DNA of 64,000 bases, taken from Lingula anatina (taxonomy: Eukaryota > Animalia > Brachiopoda). The stretch lies in NCBI GenBank assembly GCA_051362555.1, contig CM120649.1, positions 372,001-436,000 of the forward strand. The letters run 5' to 3'. A model generated the notes under the pieces. It saw nothing but the letters and a program-made list of their open reading frames with translations, was not told the origin of the DNA and ran no database searches. Of the stretch, positions 53,827 to 64,000 are shown one piece after another. Both the position numbers and the translations under genes were made by a program. Every line of letters begins with the position of its first letter. Position 1 is the first letter of the stretch.

Positions 53827-54592
53827 TACTCTGAAGTATCGAATAAAAGTACTGATGGAATAAAAGTACTGGGTGGAAAAAATCTCAAAATTTAATAAAA
53901 GTACTGATGGAATAAAAGTACTGGGTGGAAAAAATCTCGAAATTTAATAAAAGTACTGGATGGAATAAAAGTACTGGGTGGAAAAAACCTTTACACCGCT
54001 CCCCCCCCCCCCCCCCCAAAAAAAAAAAATGAAATAAATAAATAAAAGTAAAGAAGAAGAAGAGAAACAGCATAACATTTGAAAGAAAAGGGCCTGGTCA
54101 TGCTGATTTTCAATCTTGACCATTCTTTTACTTATAATCATCAGTTCTGTGAGTTTTACGAAAAGCCTACTCTGAAGTATCGAATAAAAGTACTGATGGA
54201 ATAAAAGTACTGGGTGGAAAAAATCTCAAAATTTAATAAAAGTACTGATGGAATAAAAGTACTGGGTGGAAAAAATCTCGAAATTTAATAAAAGTACTGG
54301 ATGGAATAAAAGTACTGGGTGGAAAAAACCTTTACACCGCTCCCCCCCCCCCCCCCAAAAAAAAAAAAAATGAAATAAATAAATAAAAGTAAAGAAGAAG
54401 AAGAGAAAGAAACAAGGCAGCAAAGCTGTCAAATGTACAGACAAAAACCAGAAAATAAAAACGCAGGAAATAGGATACTGTCAATTCTGATGAACTAATG
54501 TATTATGCTAACTGTAAATGCATAGCCAAAATCAAATTCTTATTCTGCATTACATTGGATTAGGATGAAAGTAAAATGTGTATCAAGCATTA

Positions 54593-54811
54593 GACTAAGT
54601 TCCCATACCTAGATCAATCTAACAGGATCAATCCAACTCCAAGGGGTTTCTCACTAAATTGCTTTCAGTTTGAGAGTCTTAGGATTCTGGCATGCCAGTT
54701 TCAGTAGGCGTGACAGACAACTAAGCCACTTACATTAATTGCAATTTAGCGAGAATTCCCATGGAGATAGATCGATCCACAGTTAGCGTGATAGGGTCTG
54801 GAAATAGTCCC
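54593..54811 (+). mobile_element. MITE family B copy 3 (internal deletion)
   Basis: TTA|gactaagttcccatacc ... ctggaaatagtccc|TAA, lacking the central segment present in the other two copies. Confidence 0.8.
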
Positions 54812-55009
54812 TAAGGTGTCAGGCTGATAAGAGTTAAACTTTGGAAATGCCAGAATGAGGTACAGTGAAAATTAAACACAAAAAAAAAATTGCTTAAACT
54901 CATTAAAAAAAAAATATATATATATATATATATTATTATTAATTTTTTTTTTGCTGTATGTCAATCCTAAGAATCATTCTTGTAACTTAACAAAATACAG
55001 AAAATGTTA

Positions 55010-56680
55010 CAAAGTAAGAGTACAGGGCTCCTGGCAGATGGGAGTGATAAGTCACGACTTGAAAATGCCAGTATAGCACTCTATAAACCTGCATTGCCTC
55101 CAAAACAGAAAACGATCACACTGGTTTTCAAACACAAGCTGCACTTCTGTCTTATGAAACTTTTCAGTAAGTTTCAGTATCGTAAGTAACATGGTTTTCC
55201 CTTAACCGCTATCCTGGCAGCAGTGTCCAAAATAGGGTTTTCTTCAACTTTCATGCAATAAACCATAATACTTAACAGCATAATGACCATCAAATTTTTT
55301 ATAAAAAAATAAAAGTATCATGAATATTCAGAAAATGTGATTTGGGAAGGTCTTCAAGGCCATGGAAGTTCAGAGTCACACTTTCAAAATGCCAAAATGT
55401 AAACAAGAGATAACTGTACTGAAATGATTTTCTTTCCATTTTCAACACCTTTTTTAAAACAAAATGATCAATAAACTGTCATTTTTAAATGTTCAACTAG
55501 GAAAATTGTTGACATTTATGATACTTTATTACACAATGCACAATGCATTTTTAAATGTTCAACTAGGAAAATTGTTGACATTTATGATACTTTATTACAC
55601 AATGCACAATATTATAACAGGTTTACCGTCATTTTTATATAATCAACAATATTGTTAAGAAGCAGAAAATGTCAAAACAACACTTTTACATATCTTATTA
55701 GTTCCATAATGAGACTGTTAACATGCCTAAGAATTAAATCTGAAGAAATAACAATTATATACAAAAATACAGAAAATGCACAGCACTTCTGGTGGATGGG
55801 AGTAAAAAATCACATCTTGAAGATGCTAGTGTTTGAAAAATAATTTAAAAAAAATTTAAAAAAAAAACGTAAAAAATTCCAATAAAGCTGCTATTCAAAC
55901 TTTTAATCTAGCTGTATCAACTTGATATTAATAACCCCACCAAGTTTGAGAAAAATAAAGCACTGTTATTCATCTATAGCATGTTGGCATAACACATTCT
56001 TTTTGTTGTAAATTTATTTGCAATGTTTAACACCATTTATCTGCACAATTATCACCAAATCCTAATTTTGTGACACAGTTAAGAGAGCTAAACCTATGGG
56101 ACTTTACAGGGAAATCTCAAGGAGTGTTTTATGTAATCTCATTTAATGGCCAATTGAAAATTAATGAGTAGGCAAGTGACTTTATAGACCTTAATTTAAT
56201 TAGTGATCACCCAAGGGACAATTTTATAGACTGCCATCCATACAGTACCATCATATAGCACAAAGGTGTTGCATACATGCTGAAAAAAGTGAAAAACAGC
56301 ATTACTTCCCTAAAAATGACCCAATCACGCTGATTTTCAAACTTGACCTGCGTATTGTGAATATTCATCAGTTCTGTAAGTTTGAAACCAAAAGGTAAAA
56401 TGGTTTTCCACTTATCGTGTTATCGGTGCTGCATATATGCTGAAAAAAGTGAAAAAACAGCATAAATTCCCTATAAGTGACCCGATCATGCTGATTTTCG
56501 AACTTGACCTGCGTATTACGAATATTCATCAGTTCTGTAAGTTTCAAGCCAAAAGAAAAAACAGTTTTCCACTTATCGTGTTATCGGTAAAAGTGCACGG
56601 CGACGGCGACGACGGCGACGGCGACGACAGACGCAGATGACGGCTATATGTACAGACACATCTGTGTCTGTACATAAAAA
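55010..56680 (+). mobile_element. Satellite-bearing Helentron/HINE-like repeat, copy 2 with intact end
   Basis: Two units of about 160 bp (56279-56590), then a (GACGGC)n-type microsatellite, then the terminal hairpin tatgtacagacaca-tc-tgtgtctgtacata followed by an A run. Left boundary is approximate. Confidence 0.65.
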
Positions 56681-57851
56681 GCTAGCTATTGATCATTGTA
56701 AAAAAAAAAATTCACCAGGTAAAATTCACTCAGTATTAAAATTTATCTTAAAAACGGGATGAGTTAAATTTCATAATTGTCAGGGGCCGAAGACCCAGAT
56801 ATATCGCACCTAAGCCGCCTCCGAGAGCCATACGGTTCATACTAGTAAATTTATTCTCAGATATAAGGTTCGTTTTGCATACCTGTAAACTCCTAAGGGT
56901 TTATCTTACATAGAAATGTGATTTAACATCGTTTAACTCATAAATCGGCATGAAGTAATTGACGTTTGAAAACAGACACAACTTCTTTGCTGCACTTGAA
57001 ATGACCTCCTTAGCTATAAATATGATCCTATCACCTTTCGACATTGCATCATTCGATCGATATACATGAGTAGTTGTCACTGCTGAAGGGAAAGCACGTC
57101 TATTTATAGAAACTGAAATCAGGTGACGCATGTACTGTTGTGTTCAGAGAGCGACTTCCGCTTGACCTACTTTCCAGTGCTGTTTGTGGAACAGTAGGTA
57201 ATGAGTTGAGAATTCGATTTTCTTGTCATTATACTTCAATTTAAGAAAATAAAAAGCGTGACTTGTACTTGTGTAATTTCCCACCGGTACAATAGGTATT
57301 TAATAAACATACCGGGTGGAAGATTTTTGAAAAATTAATAAGCGTAGGCTACTGGGTGAAAATGGAGCGTCCCGGCGGGAAGAAATTTGGAAAATTAATT
57401 AACGTACCGGTACGTTTATTTGATACTTCAGAGTAGGAGAGCTTAATTTGATAAAAAAGACCTTTAGTTTAAAAATATGAACTTACTGAATATATAGACA
57501 TCTGAGATATAACATTAGTTTCAGTTTAGTCTGCCCTTTACAGCACAACCGAGGACGCGGAATTTGGTCCGCCTTTTACAGCACAACCGAGGACGCGTGT
57601 GTATAGCCCGATTTCAGACAAAAAGTTGGACAGTATTTCTGATACACTCGTGGCGGGAATTTGGCCCGCGCTATACAGCATAACCGAGGACTGGCTCAGA
57701 ATAGCGTCAAATTTCACCACCTAACTTGAAATGGGCCCCTTTATGCATTCCACTGCTTATGTCAACCGAGGACGTCCTCGGTTGGAGGTGTGTCCTCGGT
57801 TAGTGGGTTTCGGGCGGGTGTGTGTCCTCGGTTAGAATGCGTGCACAAGAG

Positions 57852-57946
57852 CACACACACACACATGTCTGGGACACACACACACACACACACACACGTC
57901 TGGGACACACACACACACACACACACACATACACACACACACACAC
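57852..57946. repeat. Interrupted (CA)n microsatellite with two gtctggga spacers
   Basis: Direct reading. Confidence 0.93.
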
Positions 57947-59617
57947 GTACCACAATTAAGTATGATATGTTGAAACAGGAGATGTTTTTGTAGCCACTGT
58001 TTCAAATGCCAGATAAGGCACCAGGTGGCCTCGTTGAAGTTCTGTCCCAGAATGTCCACTGCTGAGCGAACAATTGAATGCTTCATTGGGTTAACTCACA
58101 GGGCAACTCACAAACCATGAGATCCAATTCAGTAATATAACTAGTTGAAGAGGAAATGCACCAAATGCTGAGCAAATGTGTAATTGTCTTTGATTCTGTT
58201 GGGACGGTTTTGGAAACAAGTAAGAAGGCAACATCACATAAAGTTTTAACTTTTACAGATATTCTGGTTTTAGTATGGAAACGAATGGTTTCCTTCAATT
58301 TGAAGGTTAAAACATGAAATTATAATGAAATATTCCACAGTCAAGTCCCTAGGTGATTTCAGAGGATTTGCTAGTTGAGTCAGAACTTTATTGAGACTTC
58401 TCACCTTGTAGAATTCTTGGTGAACATGGTAAGATAGTTAAATAGTACAGGTAACATTCAGATACAGCAATCCTGTCAATGTTTTCCCCAACTCCCATTC
58501 ATTATTTAGTGTGATCTATCTTTCATTTCAAACAACATACAGTAGTTTTTGATTGAGAAATGTATTTGGCTCTGCTAGTAATTTGACTGCAAGGTCTTAG
58601 AATAATGATTTCTTCAAATGCCAAATCAATTCTTGGCTAATGGCAGAGAGCAGTAGAGGTTTGTGGTTCATTGATGTGAACAGTCAGATATGAGGGATGG
58701 TTCTATTCAAGGAACAATTCACTATCAATCCATTTATTTTTTCCTCCAGTCATTGTGTGCTTTTAAGGCTATGGCCACCAGTGATCTGAGACAAGATGGG
58801 GTGTAATTAAAATTGTTTAAATCTGGTAACCTAATGTTATGCCAGAGTGAATGCTTTAATGGCTGGAATGTTGATTGCATTACTTCGTGCAGAGACTGTT
58901 ACCACATTCAGGTTCATGTCTGGTACTAGCTGTGTAGGTCCCACTCTATAGGGGATTCTTGTCAAAGTGCAATCAGTGGAATCATCTTAATCCCCTGCAG
59001 AGTTGGTCCGGCCCAGCTTGTACAATGTGTAAATCTGAATGCGCCCTACAGAAAGGAACTTGACCTGAATGGTTTCAACAATTGAAGAGATGTTAACATT
59101 TTTTAAGTTCACGCATGCGAAGTAGAGATTAATATTAATAAATGAGAATAGAACCATAATTGATGAATGTGGTTTCTTAAATCCTTTGACCATATGGACC
59201 TGGTAGTAGCAGGTTTTTTATTCTGTTCATGTCATGTTATGGTTGACTTGATACAAAACTACAATTACCACACCCAGTGTTGATTACTGTTGGGGGGGGG
59301 GGGGGGTGATAAATCTTTCCTTGAATTTGTATCTCAGCACTGCCTTTTGTTTATACAGTAATGTTTCAGCAAATAATTATATAATATTTTATATATTGCT
59401 TTTACATTTTGCGCATACTCTCTTTTCTTAGCTTATAAAATAAGTTTACTCATTTATTGAATTCTTATTGAGCATTTAACACCTGTAAAAAATTCATCTA
59501 TTAAAACTGAATCAAGTCAGTTATGTTGTCATAGGTTGAATGAGGCTTGATTCTTATCTCTTAATCAATATAAGAGAATTATCTCTAAATAGATTGATGC
59601 CAAGTAATGAAAATTAA

Positions 59618-59845
<228 letters not shown>

Positions 59846-60897
59846 TAAAACTTTTGTTCTGATTCTTGTTGACCTTTTTGTTGTCTTTTGTTACGTCATA
59901 TGTGTTTTGTTTATGGAAGGAGTTGCTTTTATGTTACATTTTATCTAAGGGTTTCAGTTTGCGGTTGGTTTAACAGTATTACATTGCTTTATGGAATAAC
60001 GTGTACTGAGAAGTTAATTGTAAAAGATATTATAGATAAACAAGACAATCTGAATGGTTTTGTCACATCATGCATCATTATGTGCTTAGCTGATGTCTTT
60101 CTTTGTTTGAATCTTGCTGAATATGTAATTATAATCAGAACTTAAATTTTTAACCAAGGGATATAAGGTTCAGTATTTTCTAAGATAGATTATTAGAATA
60201 TGGAATTTTTAAATTATTAGAATATGAAATATTAAAATAGATATGTGATATTATTTGGTTGATTGATCATACCTGGAGAATGTAATCAGTGACTACTTTG
60301 GTGCCTACTTCACAGAAAACATTAAAGTACAAGTGGGCAGATTATATTAGTCCAAGTAAACTACTTAGCGCCTGCTCTAACCCTAATACCCATGTGCTAT
60401 GCTATTTCCAAAGCAGAAATCAAAACCACTTAATGCACTATGTTCCTGGAGGATAGAGGGTACTAATACCATACTTATGTTTGACATTATACTACTAACT
60501 ACTGGTCATCAAAAACCAGAGGATGAGTGGAATTTTGTTTTTGACTTGATATGGTTATTGTTTATATTATCCAACCGACCATTCATTCAGGTTGATTATT
60601 TAATTATTTATCAAATTTTTTGACAAATTCAAGCTCTCTGACAACAACTTTGGGTCATCTTGATGTTTTTACTGGTATATCTGACAAAAAAATTGTTGTG
60701 AGAAATGATTAAAATAAATTAAATTAATGATGACTGCAAACATTTACTCAGCACTTAATTGCTAAATAAAAAAATGACATATAGTGAAAAATTCCTACAT
60801 GGTTTAAAAGATATCTTGCCTGAAATGTTTTATGTAATACTAAATCGCAAATTCAGTAAATTGTAAACCTTTTAAGCACTATTATATCTTATCAGCT

Positions 60898-61063
60898 CAG
60901 GCCCATAATAGCCAGGCGGGTGTTCCTGGGGTTCAAACAAAACACGCTTTTGGAAAACACACTTCTGGATAAAGTTTTGATCTAGGTACAAGAAGCTTTC
61001 ATGGAGAAAGGTCCACTTTTTCAGACCCCCCCTCCCCTTTTTTGAGATTGGTGGCTGTGGATC
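60898..61063. mobile_element. hAT-like MITE with 8-bp flanking direct repeat
   Basis: TATCAGCT|caggcccataatagcca ... tggctgtggatc|TATCAGCT, homologous (inverted) to 6174..6339. Confidence 0.7.
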
Positions 61064-63718
61064 TATCAGCTAAAAAAACAGGAAAATCTAACTTTCCAGT
61101 GAGTAGCCACAACATCAGCTAAGGTATCCTTTGAAAAAATCTTCAACCATATAACTTAGCACTCAGTCTAAAAGAAAACACTGCTTAACTCTGGAAGATA
61201 GAGTGTATTTAAAAATGCATGAATACCCATTTGGCATCAGAAATACTCCCATCTCCTGAAACTGAATGCTTACTTTTAACCTGTCAATTAAGGGGTTTTT
61301 TTTAAGTGATGAAGCACCAACACTCTTCAGAGTCCTCTGTAAGTTTTGGGGCACAAATTGTTTCGCTTTCACCTGAATTTCTTCCTCAGTGGAAAGGAAG
61401 CTACCAAGTGCATATATACCAATCATCCTTCAAACTTCTCCCTTTTACTGAAGTGCACAAATAAGTTAAAAGGGGTGAAAAAAAGCCTCTTACCTTGTGA
61501 TAAAAGTAAAGCACATCTCCCATTAATACAAGTAAGAGAGAATAACCCTAACTGCACTGATTTGTCTCCCACAACTCCCAGCAGTAGCAGTGTGTAGAAG
61601 TGCTGGCAGCTACTTTGCTAAGGTGCGGCAGTCAAAAGCAAATGCCAGTAGTTTGCAGCCTGTTCACACCGGGTGTAAGATAAGATGTTATGAATTAGTC
61701 ATGGATTGACGAGATTAGTTAAGCAAGAGTTGAACACCTCAAATGCCTGGTTGGATATGTAAGTGCCACTGTTCTTTTCATAGCAATCAAGGCCCTTTAG
61801 TATTGAATTCTTGGAGTTAGTATTCGAGTTTCTTGATTAATCTGTTGGCTTACAACCCAATTTGGCTCATATTGGTGCAGCCTTTGAACGAGTCTGAATT
61901 GTCCTTTAAAGAACTTCCACTTCAGAAAAGATCAATAGCGCAGACTTGGATAAAAAGTTTTTTTCCAACTAATAAACCTTTTCAGTCTCTACTTGGAATT
62001 TGATTATCAACCTTCTCTCTTGGGTCTTGTAGTATTTCTAAGTCTATATATCATGGAGTCAGTTTCTGACTTGGGTATGTTTATTTTAATTCAATTAAAA
62101 GAGGTAACTGGATATACATTATTCCCAATAGATGGTTGAATTTAGAACATTTTTATGCTGTTTTTAGTGATTGTTTTTTTTACAAATATAGATATGGTTG
62201 GAAGCTTTTCTTGTTTTAGATATCAAAGCTGCTTTGTTGATTGGAAATTTTTTTTTAAAAAACAAACAAACAGATTTTGTTGAAACAGAATATTAGCCAG
62301 ATTGGCCAGATCAAGTAACAACATCACAGTTATAACAAAGAAGAGTCCGGATTAAAATAGGCATTCTATATTCTAAGGACCAGGAATCATTTGACTCGGA
62401 ATCAAACCAAGAATTCCCCAGAGCCCTAACCTTTTTCTCTCACATACCATTATTTAAATAGAAATATTACTGTAGAAAGCCATTCTACAATTACCAAAAG
62501 TGAAAAATACTAACCCTAACCTATTTGCAACACAAAATAATCTGCATTTTTAGGACTTTTAATCAAGTCATCCAGGAGAGCATTCTGAGAAAAAAAGGGA
62601 AATGGAATGAAAAATATAATTTAGTGATTGTTAAAAGATTTCAGATAAATGAAAGTGGACAAATAAATGCATTGGAATGAATAAAAAAAGGGAAGATAAG
62701 TATATAGATACACATGCACTTGTAATAAATATACAGATACATATGTCAGATATAGAGAGATAGAGGAAAAACTGGAAAAAATTCAATGATAAAAATTTGA
62801 AGAGAACGTTAGATAAGAAGGGAGTTACATAATTGTTTTGCGGTAAAATATGTATAGATATCAATTGAAGCATTTGCCAAATTTCAGTATTTATAAGCTA
62901 ACTGGGACTAGCAAAATTAGCTATCTTATATACCATGAACTTCTTTGATGATGTGCAATTTAAACAGCCAATCTGTATGTGTTGGCAAGTGCTTTTTCTC
63001 AGCAGGAAACTTGAGATTGATCAAGAAAATAATTGAGTGGACAAAATGTCAGGATGTTCCTTACACTTGACCAGTTGGTGTGATTCCACTCACCATAAAT
63101 GAATGACCCATAGAGTGCCACTTGACCATTATACCCAAATGACCATGGCCAGGATTGCCAGCTCTTTAAATTGCCACTTGACTATTTCAACTCTAAAGAC
63201 CATATACCACAAAGAGATCCCCTGTATCACTTATCCATTGTATACCCTCATGACCATATATGGTAATAACTTGGTAATTTCAAGAATATTGTGAATTTTA
63301 CAGCTACTGTATTTTTTAAGTTGTTATTTCTTAAAGTTAGGACATTCCTACTGAGTGGTAGTACAACTAAAGTAAAAAGCAGGCCACTCCATTGTCCCAT
63401 TCCATGAAGTAAAAGCACGTACCACAAATATAATTTTATGATTATAGAATAATGTTTCTGAAAGTTTGATAATTATTGCCCTTTGAAAAGATCAAGTAGT
63501 CACCAATCCACAAAAGGAAATCCTATTAGGAACAGGCAGTGGGTTGAACAAGACAAGAATTTCACTTATTTATTTGTTTGTTTGTTTGTTTATTTGCCTT
63601 AGCTTTTTTTTTCTGTCTATGATCAAAACAAAAATAATTTTGGGGGAGCAAAATTCAAACATTTGCCAATGGTTTGCTATTGATTTTCTTTAGATTTGCT
63701 TGTACTCATTCTGTCTTA

Positions 63719-63933
63719 GACCCCATTCCCAGAGATTAGATCGATCCAAACTAGATCGACCTAACTCCCTGGGGGTTCATGCTAAATAGCTGTCAGCCGA
63801 GCGGGCACGAAAGTTAATTACCCCCTTACAGCTTGTAGTAGGCGGGACGGACATTTAAGCCAGATTATCTGACAGTAATCTAGTGAGACTCCCCACGGGG
63901 ATAGATCGATCTGAAATCTATGGGAATACGCCC
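63719..63933 (+). mobile_element. MITE family A copy 3 (perfect TTA TSD)
   Basis: TTA|gaccccattcccagagat ... atctatgggaatacgccc|TTA, 215 bp. Confidence 0.9.
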
Positions 63934-64000
63934 TTATTGGACTAGACATTATCAGTGACTGTTTTTCAGAGATTGTTTTGTCGAGGCAGATGTTTGTTAT

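Larger units (their letters stand above)
53829..57433. mobile_element. 3.6-kb TA-flanked TIR element (Tc1/mariner-pogo-like ends), no intact transposase seen
   Basis: TA|ctctgaagtatcgaataaaagtac ... gtacgtttatttgatacttcagag|TA. Subterminal repeats of aataaa(a/c)gtac(t/c)gggtggaa occur near both ends. Confidence 0.7.

Noticed and set aside
56901-57131. 76-aa ORF inside the TIR element as a possible transposase fragment
   Set aside because: No recognisable HTH or DDE motif; it cannot be supported without a database search.
61390-61430. ag|GAAGCT as a possible next PSMD1 exon (EA...)
   Set aside because: It translates EATKCIY rather than an EAIxLLEPM-like sequence, so the next exon probably lies beyond the window.

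Overview
AT-rich, visibly CpG-depleted animal genomic DNA, probably an invertebrate and possibly a mollusc or other lophotrochozoan (inferred from repeat types only). Two genes are recognisable. (1) A complete two-coding-exon serotonin 5-HT2-family GPCR on the minus strand (about 16143/16209..15759 joined to 15176..13741). (2) One 115-nt internal exon of the 26S proteasome subunit PSMD1/Rpn2 on the plus strand (59686..59800). I found no other PSMD1 exon, so most of the window appears to be one PSMD1 intron of more than 59 kb with the receptor nested antisense inside it. This mirrors human HTR2B-in-PSMD1, apparently at the same phase-2 intron (R|TPEQCP), and is the main finding. The rest is intronic: many short non-autonomous DNA transposons (PIF/Harbinger-like, Kolobok-like, hAT-like, and a CACTA-type with a demonstrable TSD), long hairpins, micro- and minisatellites, and a roughly 7.4 kb nested transposon stack at 50.4-57.9 kb. 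Nearly all other listed ORFs look spurious.
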